Below are positions 48,448-61,860 of a DNA stretch of 64,000 bases, piece after piece (the first letter of the stretch is position 1; the number at the start of each line of letters is the position of its first letter). A program made the translations under genes and the position numbers. The notes under the pieces are model-generated. The model did no database searches. It worked only from the letters and a program-made list of their open reading frames with translations, and had not been told where the DNA came from. The DNA comes from Lytechinus pictus (lineage: Eukaryota). The stretch is taken from assembly GCF_037042905.1 (NCBI RefSeq), contig NC_087249.1, positions 6,572,001 to 6,636,000 on the forward strand. The letters run 5' to 3'.

Positions 48448-48936
48448 TATGCTTTTCACACTGCACTTTTTTTCCTTAACCCGGGAAATTGGTGGGGCTA
48501 AGGGGGGTCTTAACCCCACTAATTTCCTGGGGTTAAGCTTAGCCCACTTCGTTTTCACACGTTTCAGCAAAGTGGGCTAGCACGGTAAATAGTATGGTAC
48601 TACATGTATCTAGCCCTGAAAAAAGCAGGGTTAGCCGGCTTGGTGCTAGCATCACAATTGCGGTGCTATTAAAGAGATGCAGTCTGAAACGAAACAGGGC
48701 TAAGGAAATGTGGGGCTAAGCATTAGCCAATCACAGAAGTCGAAATTGCACGTGAATCGCACTCTGCATGGTAAAATCATCAATATTCATGAGCTGTGTG
48801 ATAGTCCGGGGATAAGGCTTAAACCCCTGCTAAGCAAATAGTATGGGGTTAAAATCGAAAAAAGATAGTATGGGGTTAAGGATAGTCCGGGGTTAAGGAT
48901 AGTCTAGGGTTAAGGAAATGCAGTGTGAAAAGCATA
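48448..48936. mobile_element. TWA-flanked Harbinger-like MITE, copy 2
   Basis: TAA|TATGCTTTTCACACTGCA ... TGCAGTGTGAAAAGCATA|TAA. Confidence 0.88.
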
Positions 48937-49376
48937 TAATACTAGGCCTTGGATATGTTTGGTCCCTGTGCTTGTTTTCAACCATTTTTTATGCTCAGGG
49001 AGAAGAGACTTTACCATGAAACTAATGAGATTAAATTAAAGACATGTTAAATGAATGACATAAAAATAACATATTCATGAACGAACATCATGAAAAATGG
49101 CAATCCAGCCTAAGGCTTTTTTTGAGGACACACTTATATTTTTCATATATCTTCGCAATATCTTTAAATTTCAAAATTTATTCAACATACTTTGAGAGAA
49201 AATCATGAGGAATGAAAGTAGGGTATTTACCATTATCATCTATATAGTGTTCTAGCGATGGATTAACAACGCGTATTTTGGTCTGCATCAATTGCCTGTG
49301 CAGTATCAGAGCGTATCCCTAAAAAAGACCAAAATCCTACGAATATCCCATAGGCTCCTGTATAAAATTTGCTATT

Positions 49377-49782
49377 TTTTTTTTTTTTTCTTTCAATGAT
49401 TTTTTTTATTTTCATAACTTCATATACATATAACAAACATAATCATTATACATTGTACATATTATATACAAATTGAAATAAAATACAAAACAAAGCATAT
49501 AAAAAAGGGGGGGGGAATTAAACAAATAAAATAGAAAACATTTCAGGATTGAATGGTTATGACATCACATATGATTTCGTTTTCCATCAAGCTGCCCAAA
49601 CTATTATATGAAAGAGGAATGTAGAATTTTCCATTTCTTTTCAAACTTAGATAATTGTTTATTTTGAATGCCAATTTGTTTTTCTATTTTGTATATTCGT
49701 TTCAGCTTTACAAGGAACAAATCAAAAGACGGTGAAATATTCAAATGTCTGCATGTATAAATCATTTGTTTAGCTACAAAAA
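49377..49782 (-). mobile_element. 5'-truncated L1/Tx1-type LINE with poly(A) tail and 16-bp TSD
   Basis: TATAAAATTTGCTATT at 49361-49376 and 49783-49798; poly-T on the + strand; minus frame FVAKQMIYTCRHLNISPSFDLFLVKLKRIYKIEKQIGIQNKQLSKFEKKWKILHSSFI* resembles an ORF2 C-terminus. Confidence 0.85.
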
Positions 49783-50053
49783 TATAAAATTTGCTATTGA
49801 ATATGAGAGCTTATTCAACAGCTGAGGGCGCGGGCGCGAATGCGTGAAATAAACAATGCGTACAACAATGAAGCAATGCAATACGCAGCATAGAGCACAA
49901 CTACGCTCCATGACGTCATAATGAACTACATGCAAGTTGCATGTCAAGGACCAAAATTGATCCTATGAAGTGATAATGGCATAAAGTGATAAGTGATATA
50001 TGTCTTGTTAAATCAAATTTCTCCCTTTTTAGGGGGGTGGAATAGATGATAAT

Positions 50054-50205
50054 AATTATATTGGATGGCGTTATTTCAGAAATACTCCACTAGAAATATT
50101 CCACTCATTAGGGCCAATATTCCACTCATCTGTGATTCGTGGAATATTTTCCCAAACTCCTGGAATATTTCTTGTATTCCATTCTGAGCCATCCAATATA
50201 ATATA
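50054..50205. mobile_element. Small foldback element
   Basis: TATATTGGATGGC / GCCATCCAATATA ends; internal ATATTCCACTC repeats. Confidence 0.6.
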
Positions 50206-50528
50206 AAAATTCAATCTATTTTCTTCATTAGAGTCCAGTCCCATCGATCGTTTGAGGGCAGCAAATATCAACATAACAATGGTCATCAATGTAAGATACA
50301 TGTACATGTATTTACAGAATGGGAAAATATAGAAATGCAGGATTGCCTATCTTAGCCATGTAATGTCATCTCAATATCCTGCGGTAGTACACTACTGTAC
50401 ATAGCATATATATATCTGATAGGCATACATTAATGTGCAAAGTAATAGGATGCAGATGGATAAACACGTACCACTTAACCTCACCCCAGAATCATGGAGT
50501 CAATACTCATAATCAATAATCTACTTAC

Positions 50529-50800
50529 TTGAGCCAAATCTCGAGAGCACTGATGCCGGCACAACAGACACTGACACCCATTATCATACACATCCTCCTT
50601 CTCCTCCTCCTGCTTCACGAACATCATTCACAAAGCCACTTTAATAATAATAGCCCAAACCTCCAAAATCGGATGAAGGCATCTTCCCACTGTCCGCCGC
50701 ATACATCCACTGACGAGGCGAGACTACACAACCACACCGCCTCTCAACTCTCTCCCCATTCATTCAAAACAGAGCTAGCGGAGAGCACTGTATTCCAAAA
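50529..50800 (-). other. Candidate upstream 5'-UTR (first) exon of MYO9
   Basis: Consensus donor CAA|GTAAGT at 50528; GC-richer unique sequence with no clear acceptor; (GT)n tract just upstream. Confidence 0.35.
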
Positions 50801-51600
50801 TATGTGTGTGTGTGTGTGTGTGGGAGCGCATGATAATGAACATGCCAGACACAGACATCCCTCGTGGACGGGTATTGATATTGTGCGAGGGGGGAAGGTA
50901 TATTTTGCATAGAATATATTGATTGCCTGACATTATACCTGCTCCATTTCTCATCAATGAGATCCAGCAAAATGGGAATTTTGTTATTCTTTTCAATAGA
51001 GCCTATTTTGGGGTTATTTATTTTTGTATTTGCCAGTGAAAGTACATGAAGGTGTAGAACTAGCATGTAGACCTTATGTAACGTAAGTCGTAATAGATCT
51101 AAAATGTTTAAATAAATGTATATGTCGTTGACATGGGATGAAAATTGAGCAATTAATCTGTCCTTTCTGTTCCCTTCATTCTATTTCAGCCTTTCATCTC
51201 CCTCTCTTCTCTTTATCTTTCACACAGTAAAACGGGAATTTGTTGTACTTTTCAATCTATGACATTGACGGTAGGTGTAGAATAGCATATTCAAGTAGGC
51301 CTATATGTACATATAAAATGATAAACATCTATCCAGGGAGTTAGGCCTATCAAACTGTTACAGATAGGCAAAATGCTATAAAATTCAAATTTCTTTTCTT
51401 CTTCTCTCTTCTTTCTTTTTTAGATCTTCATCTCCACCCCCCCCCCCCCTCTTTATTTCTTCCATGCTCTCGACAGCAGTATCTACACTTTATATTGCAA
51501 TTTACAAACTGAATGGCAGCCGTTTATAATCTCCTCAAACTTCATACAAATCACTGAAATACTTCATATTTCAAATATTGCATTTCTTATGAAATTAATG

Positions 51601-52064
51601 TATGATGGTGGGCCCCAAGTCTGCGCACCTAACAATTTGAGTTAAGATTTAACATGAATTTCTTCTTATTTCACAAAATCTTTCAGTTCATAATGTTCCT
51701 TATATTATTAAGAGTAAGTGTACCAAATTTCTCATTAAAAAATGTAAAAAATATAGGATTTTCTTGAAAAACCTCGGGCAGACATATTCAGATTGAAAAA
51801 AAAATGATACCCCATGTCTGCGCACTCATTCACTTCGCACACGATTCTGGGATTTTGGTGAGAAGGCTGCTTTTTGAGGCCGTCACATGAAATGCCCTAA
51901 ATTCATTATTTTCCCACCATTTTGAGTCGGATTTTTTAATGAATACCTGTCTTTGTATTGCATGTGAAAAGTTCGTGCTCGTTGCGTATCTTCTTTTACA
52001 ATCGAGCAGATACGCGTGTGCGCAGACAAGGGGGACTGCGCAGACTTGGGGGAACTTGCCATAC
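51601..52064. mobile_element. MITE of unassigned superfamily
   Basis: CCCCAAGTCTGCGCA / TGCGCAGACTTGGGG inverted ends; internal GTCTGCGCAC repeats. Confidence 0.7.
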
Positions 52065-53565
52065 CATTATAAAGCCTGGAATACCCTGGATACTTGTTCA
52101 GATTTGCACAGACAATATTCATCTTGATTCTTTTTTTTCAGAAGGGGGGGGGGGGGAGTGCGCAGTATGCAGTAATTTTCAAATAAAAACTTGGTTGTGT
52201 TGACAAACTACACGTAATTGCAATCACACTCTCAAAACCAATATGGAGACACAAGATTGAGAGAGATTAAATGGCATGCTATAAAATTTAAAAGGATGCA
52301 CCTCCATAGTCTTCTTGATAAATGCATAAATATTTTCAATTCCCACTGCGTGCCCAAAATCACTAGGGCAAATTAGTCTACAAGCACAGACTCATATTTG
52401 ACACTTTCATCAATTATACCATGTCTAGAGTGATATAAAGACTAGATGCCAAACTCTGTCTGTGGCAAATGAGAACCAGCGGCAGTACACTATGAATCTA
52501 GTCTCATTACTTCAGACTCTGCATTATGCACTTTGAAAATTGCAAAAAAAACAAGGGTCTGTGCCTGAAGACTAAATAGTAACCATACAAGCTATACATG
52601 GTGAAACTACAATATAGAATCTATAGAACAATTTGAAAAAATAATATTGTCAGAGTAAATGTTATTCTACTGATTATAAACCAAAGGTCAAGTTCATCTT
52701 TAAGCCTATTTGAAATGTTTGAAAAGTGTCAAATGTGAACAAAAACCCTTTTTCATCAAATCGAGTGTTGCTACCTTTTAACAAAGAAGAGCAGATTATA
52801 CCATTAGGTTTGATGACTGCATACCATATTTGACAAAACAAAACGGTCATGTGTCATCAGTATGAAAATTCCTTTTGAAAAAATTGAGAGAAACACAAAT
52901 TTAGAAAAAAATATATGTAGATTATCAATGTTGGTACATAAACTTCTAGTAATATGCAGCATTCATGTGATAGAGTCATATTAGAATCACATACTGTACA
53001 TGAAGGTTAATTTATAATAGGGCCTACATGATAAAACTTTTGTTTAAAGTGAAAAATCATACTGCTCTTTTGAGGTATTCCAGCAGAAAGAATGATAAGA
53101 AATTCAGAATAATATGGGGTCTTCAATGGGCTGGAAAAAAACTTCATCAAACTGCAACAGTCAAAATTATTTTTAAAAATTACTTTATTTTCCTATTACT
53201 TACATTTTCTTTAATTACATTAAACAAGTATATACATGTAGTGTTGAATTCCTGTGGTTAGAACTAAAATCATATATTCCAGGTAATGTACAAAGCATCA
53301 GAGAATTAAATTGAATTTCATAAAATTAACTGAAACAATGGAGATGGGGCAATTGCTTAGAGTGATTTGGAGATGACACAGACCTGTATTGTAACTCAAT
53401 CCCACTCATTCTCACCTGCATGTCATTAATTTTCCACCTCCAAAATCCCTCTAAGAATAAAATGTATTTTATTATAACAAATTGGCAACTTTGGCATCAT
53501 AACGGCTAACTGATATTCCAGTTCGACTTAGAACCACAGCACTCCTCAGATTTCTTCTGCTATAC

Positions 53566-53801
53566 CAAAGGCTCAACATTAGCAGTGGCCCGGGGCAACC
53601 AAAAATGAGAATTGGGCCACCAAAATTCTTTAAAAGTCAACACTTGGTGGCCCGGTTGGGCTACCAAAGTTTTGATAAATTGTAATGTTTTCTTTTGTTT
53701 CAGGCCACTACATTTGCTTAGCAGGCCACCAAAATTATGACACTTGATGATTTTGGTGGACAGATCGGGCCACCAAGAAAAATTTTTAGTGTGGAGCCTT
53801 G
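53566..53801. mobile_element. hAT-like MITE
   Basis: CAAAGGCTCAACATTA / TAGTGTGGAGCCTTG; GGCCACCA subterminal repeats; degenerate 8-bp flanks TGCTATAC/CAGTATAC. Confidence 0.65.
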
Positions 53802-54686
53802 CAGTATACCAATTGCAAATGAGAGAAAACAAATAATGTGGACTCTGTATGAAAAAGACAAGCTTTTCCAAATTTAAGTTCCCTATTAAAACTATGATCC
53901 ATCATCTATCAATTCAAATTGAATTTGAATTGAATTTCAATTTCAATTGAAATGAACATAAATCATGGCGTGTTTTCCTTCAGCAAGATATTTATCCACA
54001 TTATGCTACAGTCAACCAAGGTGAGATGAATGGTTACCTGGTAGGAAACGCAGTGTTCGTAACAGCTGCTCTGCTATTTAAAAGCCAGGGCAATTATGCT
54101 ATATTTACTGTATATAAGCAAGCATAATTATCATAAGTCTTTACAAAAAACAACTCATCCTGAGCTCAAGAAAACACATCCACAAATGTTGAAACACAAT
54201 TGAATCCAAAACTTCAAATACTGCAAGTGCAAAGGCAAAATATTGATGAATTCGAAGCTAGCTTGAATACAGACAGACTGTACTTGTTAAAGAAAAAGAG
54301 AAAGGAAAACAAATCTAAGGAAATTGCTGGGATAATTCCATTCCTGTACAAACCCCCGCTTCCTGAATATATGTCCACCAATGATTGTAAAGCTTTCCTG
54401 TAAGATCAAAATCATATTTCCTAAAATCTGGACTTCATAAACAGCCCACAGGGATACTGTACAAGGATAGAATGCATAAATATGGATATCACAATTTTAC
54501 ATACCCTGGTACTTGAAATTACTGTCAACATGCACAAAAGGAACATATCCATGTAGATATTATTATTGTTTCAGGTGTCAAATTCTAATTTCATTAAGAA
54601 TTTACAAATATTCACAATTCATTTCTAAATTTTCAAACAGCAAACTCTGAGTTCTCCAGTTTTCAGTGTTTGTGTAACATGCTCTG

Positions 54687-54814
54687 GGGCCCGTAACACA
54701 AAGCTTTAAATGATCGTAGTACATTTTTCAATGATTGATTGCATAGACTACAATGTACGATCAATCATGAAAATCAAGCGTACAATCAATCGCTAATCGT
54801 TGTGTTGCGGGACC
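54687..54814. mobile_element. Harbinger-like MITE
   Basis: CTG|GGGCCCGTAACACAA ... TTGTGTTGCGGGACC|CAG; similar degenerate copies at about 19507-19670 and 22870-22985. Confidence 0.7.
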
Positions 54815-56243
54815 CAGGTCAACCTGGAATCTCGATTCTAATTTAACTTAATAAGCTATTTAAAATCTATGCTAAAAAAATATCTAATAGTTGATGTAAT
54901 CTGTTAGCCTTTACAAACTAACACGCCATCATACATAATTACAATTCCATATTCTAGATGAAAATGTCCAAATTCTAATTCCACTTTTTAATGAATTCTA
55001 TATGGTACATTCAGGAAGTTGATCTCTTCATTTTCCATTTTATCTTGACTGACGCAAGTTCCGTGATGTAATTAGAGAAGAGGCATCAGGTTTACATCCA
55101 TTTTAAAAACAGACAAGTAGATGTTCATATCCACTGGCGTATATGTATATTCAGGCAGTGAACCTATTGTTCCGGTAGGGAAGGGGGGCGGGGTCTGTTG
55201 TGTCTCCTCCCCCCATGAACTTTCCCCACTTGAACAGTATATGATGTCACATAATCATGTATTATTTGATAACTTTCTGCTTCCATGCCTAGATTCAGTG
55301 GACATTAAAAGTGAGATTATAAATTGGAAATCATGAGAAACGCGCCATAGGTCTCTGGTATCACTGTGATAAGATGCCCAACCAGGAAACCTTTTATTTA
55401 ATCCATTTAGAATCACTTAAATGGTATAGCTGAGGGGGACGGGAGTGGGGACGACAAAAACCAACTGACAGCAGGAGGGCTCGAGCGTAGCTTGCTGGAC
55501 AGCGTGTTCCACACTATCTCATCCAACAGCAGGACAACGTTTATTAATGTCTTTTTACAAACCTGTATAAACGGGATACCTAGTTCAAAATCCTTGTACG
55601 GACAACAATGAGATTCCGGATCCAGCCGGTGAAAGTTTAAAACAAATCTGAAGTTGTAATGAACAATATAAAAACTCTGAAAGTATTTTTATTATCTAGT
55701 CGATTTCACATCAGTCATCTATAGATCAAGTTTGAACTTGCTAAATCAAGACATAATGGAAATTGGCTGAAAATCACCAACACAGATAAGTGCATGTGGG
55801 CACATGTACATGTATAATTTACTCCTTCTGTATTGTCAATCTGGACGAAAATTTGTCAACTGACAATAATGCAATGCATGATATGCCAAGTAACTCACTA
55901 ATTTCTCCCTTTTTCCTAGAATAATTTGTCAATAATTTTTATCATAAGGACTAACTGGTCATTTTCATGGATAGAAATCCACAACTGGATTATTTTCTTC
56001 AAGAAATATCTTCAGAAAACTTTTATTAGAAAAAAATGTTACATGTATAAAATTTCATATAATCATCAATTGGGATCTTCAAAAGGTGCACAGGCGTAAA
56101 ATAATGCACAAATTTGCCAATCATATTTATTGACATCTGACAATGGGATGTGTATCATATCCATTACTTTTCAATATTAGTGCAAAAACTTAATACGCAC
56201 GGAATACTGCACCGATAATGACAACTTTGTACTTTCTCTCCAA

Positions 56244-56643
56244 GGGCCGTCTGCACCAGCCAGAGTTTTCAAATTACCGCGCTTCTTCTGATCCGGCAAA
56301 TTATCCCGATCTAAACCATCTCGAGATTATTTGTAATGGAGACGCAATTATCGCACTAGTTTGTAGGATTAATCTCGAGATTGCAATCCCAAAACAACTT
56401 GGGATTATTTGCAAAATAGCACGCTATTTTACGAATTATCCCGCTAAATCGAAGGTGCAGACGCAACTCAGGATTATTTATTCACGGCGTCACACCATAA
56501 TGCATCTATGCCTCGCTCGAGCAGGAATTGCTCTTCTTGCGATGGTGGAGACGGGGTTTCTTGAATCTCGAGATTAATCGCGAAGAGGGCAGATCGGACT
56601 AAAATCTCGAGATTGAGCAAACTCGGGCTGGTGCAGTTCCGCC
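56244..56643. mobile_element. MITE, about 400 bp
   Basis: CTGCACCAGCCAGAGTTT / AAACTCGGGCTGGTGCAG; internal ATCTCGAGAT palindromes. Confidence 0.8.
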
Positions 56644-57048
56644 TACGGATATTTGTAAGATTTAACATTCATAACTTTATATGATCATTGAAGGCCACCA
56701 CAGACAGATGCCTCTCACTGCAACACCAATATCGAATTGTTATCATGTACAAATGGGAGAGAAAAGTACATTGGCTTTCTGCTCATCTCATTTACAAATG
56801 TTGTTTTCTTTTCTGTCATCATTATCATATTTCTTCCAAAGCATGGACACCCATCTAAATCATCTGTATGTAATGATCCTGAAATTGCTTTCATACTCCA
56901 CGATGACGGAGGAGTAGGAATGTGTGATTAAGGACACAGTGAAAGGTATAAAATCAGAGATGAACCCACAAGCCAAGATGAAAGCTAGGCTCGGTCAGAT
57001 CTGTGGGTGTTTGGATGGGAGAAAAGCAATCATGATAATAATGCATTA

Positions 57049-57246
57049 CACTGTATGCTTGTTTTTTAAAACCTGTCACTCTAACAAAAACTTGTTTAAA
57101 AATTGTTTTAACTTTGTAAAAATTATTCAAACATTTAAAACTTGTTTAAAACAAAAAAAAACTCATTTAAAACTTTGAATAGATTGTTAAGAGTGATGGG
57201 TTTTATAAACAACATGCTGAACATTTCAAAAAGTGTTTTTACAGTG
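57049..57246. mobile_element. CACT..AGTG-ended (EnSpm/CACTA-like) MITE; related copy at about 25345-25508
   Basis: CACTGTA ... TTTTTACAGTG; TTTAAAAC-rich interior shared with the other copy. Confidence 0.55.
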
Positions 57247-59785
57247 TGCGTTATTACAAATTCTAGTATAGCAATATGATTATTCAGCTACAGGTTTGCT
57301 AGCATGTAGTAGGCCTAATTCAAAGAATTCAAGGAATTTCTTCTTCTTAAAGATAGGCTTGTGTGGTGCCCATTTTATCCCCTGGGTGGAGAGAGGTAAA
57401 ATGTAGTTTAATGACTCTGCCAAATGAAGACCATGTCACTAGTCAGATGATTATAGCCAGTGTATTGTGATTGAATTAAATGCCTATGTGCAGTCATATC
57501 TTTTTTTACCCAAGTTTATTAAAGACAAATGAACAGTGTTTATATCTATAATGTACGTGTATGTAAATACATGTACATTACATTAAGAACATATAGAATA
57601 AAAAAATACTAATTTTTAAAAAAATCAAACAAATGGCCAAAAATTAAATCCCATTTTCAGGATGAAAGTCATGGTTCAAACTTAAAAAGTTGTTTTGCTG
57701 AGAAGCAGTCTGCATGTAAATCAAGCAGTATTAAGGAAATGACTCCAATGAACATAAGGTAATGCAAAGTCATCGGATTTAGCTCATCACTGGATGAAAC
57801 ATTTTTCCTCTCCTGTGAAAATACTAAAGAAATTATGGGCTGCCAGCCTTGTAGTAAAAAACTTTTGCTGGTATGGGCATTGTACAATGTACATATACCT
57901 CGCCAGTCATATACACATATACAAAGGGCTACATGCAGTGAAATAAGCGGGCAAAGCAGCACTTAACAAAGTATTTCCCGCTAAGTATAAAATACCTGTC
58001 AAAAGACAATTCCATTTCTTTTTTCAAATTATAATCACAGCACTTCAAACTGTTTACCCTTTGATAATATCCTTCATCCAGAGATAATACATCTGGCATT
58101 AATTATGTATGTATCACTATAAACATGCCCCATTTATCTTCACTTTGTAATTCAATGCCATTGTACATTGCAGTGTTGTTTATTGAGTAAGGAAAACAAT
58201 AAGCCAACACATGAATTATTTGATAGGGATCCCATCTAAATAATCTCAAAGAACCAGAGGAGCAGATTTGTCAGGTTTAATCGAAATCCAATGGGAGAAT
58301 AACAAAGGTACATACAAAAACGTACCTAGGTTTAATCCTTACCATTGTCACAAGGTTGGGAGACGATACTGGCTTTATAGTGTGATGCATTTGCCATACA
58401 TGTACTTCCTGAATTTAGTTTCAGGATGGTTTTCCGCGAATGTCTATTAATCTAGTTTAAGTCATGATTCGATACCCTTTGGCAGAAGATGTAAATAGAT
58501 TATTTCTCAATAGTTGGCGCTATATAAAAGCCTATGATTATTATTATTGTTGTTTTTTTATTATTATTTTCAGAATTATCATCATTATTATTATCATCAT
58601 CATCACCTATAATCATCATCATTATTTTCAAAGTGAGCTATGGGTGAAAATTTATTTCACATGAAATTTTCTACATGTACTTGAACTTTGCATATTTTTT
58701 GACACCGGGCAGTGTACTCCCTCTCTGAACAAACTTGACCTTTATAAGATGGAATTTCATCCCTCGTAGATTACTGACCTTATACAGAGTTTGGGTATCA
58801 TAGAAGTTGGCCATCTTGAATGGAAGACAAACCTCAATTAATTCATTAATTGCTGACATCCATGCCACTCATCTGGTAGAGGTCAGAATGTAATCCACAC
58901 TTTAATACAGAAGGATCCCAGGTCTCAAGATGCTACTTCACCCCCCTCCCCTCTTTTCTTCAAGAAGCAACATAATTTGTATAATTCTGTTTATTTCTTA
59001 AATTCTTCTTTATGATCAATGTGGCCATGATAAATGCCATGGTGTTGGCAAACATGGCTGATGAAGAGTAGTAATTATTGTTCCAGATACTGCTGGTCTA
59101 CCAAAGAAAGAGCCGAATGAGCCCAAATATTCAGTATTTACAGGTGTCAAAGGAGAAATACAAAATCCATCACAATACATGATACATAGGTCCAATAAAC
59201 AAACTTTTATTGTCAAAAATTCATCTACAGAGCAGAGCATCTTTAAGACTTGCATTCAAACCCGGCAAACGGCAAAATTGTGTCACAATACTTACTTTGG
59301 CCAACAAGTTCAGGGACAGGACTGCATGTAGCATTATACCTAATTTGTTTTCAGTGAAACATTATACTGTCATGCCCAATCATGTCCATTCACATTAATC
59401 ATTAGAACAACATTAAAGACACTCGTCTGAAAAGACATCATAGCTATCTTGGAGACATCCAAACCTTGGCATCAGATGCCTAAGAGCTAAACATTCTGAC
59501 ACTAAGTACTCTCTAAAATAGCCACCCATCAGTCTGTATTTTCTCTCTGCAGCTAGACATGTTGCAGATGTCCACCCAAACCTGAATTATAATTCGACTG
59601 TTGAAAAGTAGGTACACGCTCTGGGACTTCCAGGCAAAATTGAAATGAAAATTGATAAATAGCCAGGCCAAGCCTGCCCCTCTGATCGAGCAGAAACCAT
59701 GAAGGGTCCATCTCCATCAGCCCAGTTTATCAAATTATCCTGCTATTTCTGATCCTGCAACCCATTCAGAACGATCTTCTGAAGT

Positions 59786-60182
59786 GGGTGTTTCATAAAG
59801 CTGTTTGTACGAAGGACTGGGCCCCCCCCCCCCTTACAAAGAGTTATGATTGATTGGATCAATCGTAACTCTATGGAAATCCATCAGTGTCATAATTTTT
59901 TCTACAGGAAATTGCAAAATGTCCTTTGTAAAACAAAGGAGATCACACCAAATTGTCAAGAAATCAATGACTTTTAATATGGATATACATTCATATCTAG
60001 ATTTTTTTTTAAATAAACACACATTTTATGTGTTGACTTTGCTGGCTTTCCGTAGTTGCGATTGATCCGATCAATCGCAACTATTTGTAAGACGGGCCCC
60101 TGATGTATATAATTTAACACAAGGATCACCAGTCTTTCATAAAGTCGCTCGCAAGTTACAAACAGTTATGTAAAACTTCCCC
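59786..60182. mobile_element. Family B MITE interrupted by a family A MITE
   Basis: Left part GGGTGTTTCATAAAGCTGTT; right part AAGGATCACCAGT..AAACAGTTATG matches 9181-9363. Confidence 0.75.
59820..60099. mobile_element. Harbinger-like MITE, family A, copy 2 (nested)
   Basis: CTG TSD at 59817-59819 and 60100-60102. Confidence 0.88.
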
Positions 60183-61419
60183 CAGGATTACATAGGATTC
60201 ATCCCCATACAGGTTACAATCTTGGGAGCCGTTTCACAAAGCTGTTTGTAAGTAATGAGCAGTGTGGTTACGAGCAGCCGTATACAAAGAATCTTGAGAC
60301 CGGGCAAACTCAGGATGATGTAGACCCACATACATGAATGAGAGGGTTTTTTTACAGAATGATATCAAGTACGTGTTACGGTGTTGGATTATTCAATTTT
60401 CTTAAAGCCTAGGCCTGCACACTTCCCTATTCCTTTAATAGAAGTTGCTTTCTTCAAGGCTCCATGCTTTCTTCATGACTGGGAACCTATCTACCTGTTG
60501 CAATGAATAAGTTATTGCAATATAATTAATTGTTAAAATGTAACATTTGTTGTTGTACATTAGAGCTTCACCATATAAGGAAAAGGGTGAATATATACAT
60601 GTACATGTAGCTGATGCTATCAAAGTCAAATTTGACTCTGCATAAATTTGTGTTGGACATTGGGACAGAATAAATAGGTTCCTAGAATGTGTTTTCTTAC
60701 CATAAATAGAGGGTATATTCCCATGTAGTCCATTCTCCAATAAAGATTGAGAAATTACACCTCCGTCTGTCACTCCTTGGCTTCCCGCATCACAGAGTTA
60801 TATTTTTCCGATCATTTGGCACAATTAAAACACTTTACACTAAATTCCACTATCCTGAAGATGGTCAAATATAATCTTAACAGAGGAGGCGTCCATCCCA
60901 TTGCGACAACAAAAAATAAAATATGCTATTCCATACAGTAGAATAAATGTTAATGGATAAATAATGAATCACCCATTTCAATTTCACAATACAAAGTCTA
61001 ATTCCAGCCAGGCTCCTCCCACTCAAAACAAAATTCTTCCTGAAGCACTCCGATTCTGAAATGAACGATTTAATTCCAAACAGGCCTGTTCTGACATGGT
61101 TTGGTTGGGGGTATATTGAAGTTGAACCTTAGGAAGAGAATAGATGTGGTCTACGCTCGCATTTTAACAGATGACAAATTTAATCAGGAAACTATAATAA
61201 AGCAGTGCAAAAATTATAGGGTGCACGTGCGTGCCTCCCTTAACTACTCTCAAGCTTCGTGTGTATGTGAGGGGGAGACGGAGAGGGGGTGGGGGTGATG
61301 GGGATGATAGATTGTTTTGTGATTCATTTGGTATTTATGGGACCACTTCCTGCAGTTAATAGGGCTGGAAATTATATCTCTTTAAAAATATGATCTATGA
61401 TAATCTTTCCCTTGTGGAT

Positions 61420-61860
61420 ACGGGTGCGTTCAAGCCATTTTTCTAAGTTAGAATCACAAGCATGAATCACAAATTGAAACGTAAACATGAAAGAGGGTCA
61501 TTTTGGGAGAGTATTTAATCGTATCAATTTTTCCTTTTTTTCAAGCCCACCTACTGTACATCGCTGATCAATTGATTTTCTTGAAGCTCAAAATCATAAC
61601 AGATAAATCACAAACCCTAAACGCAAACATGAACTAAGGTCATTTTGGGAGAGCGTTCAATCGTATCGTTTCTTCTTCTTTCAAGCCCAACCATTGCGCA
61701 GTGCTGATCAATCAATTTCCTAACGCTGAAAATGGAACCACAAACAGGATTCAGAAAAATCGAAATACAATCATGAAAAGGGTTACTTTGAGAGAATGTA
61801 AATCATTTTGTTTCTTACTTTTTTAAAGCCCACCCAATGTGCATCACAGATAAATTAGTT
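61420..61860 (+). repeat. Three degenerate tandem units, period about 142 bp
   Basis: GGTCATTTTGGGAGA-like motif at about 61496, 61638 and 61781, each followed by AAGCCCA. Confidence 0.8.
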
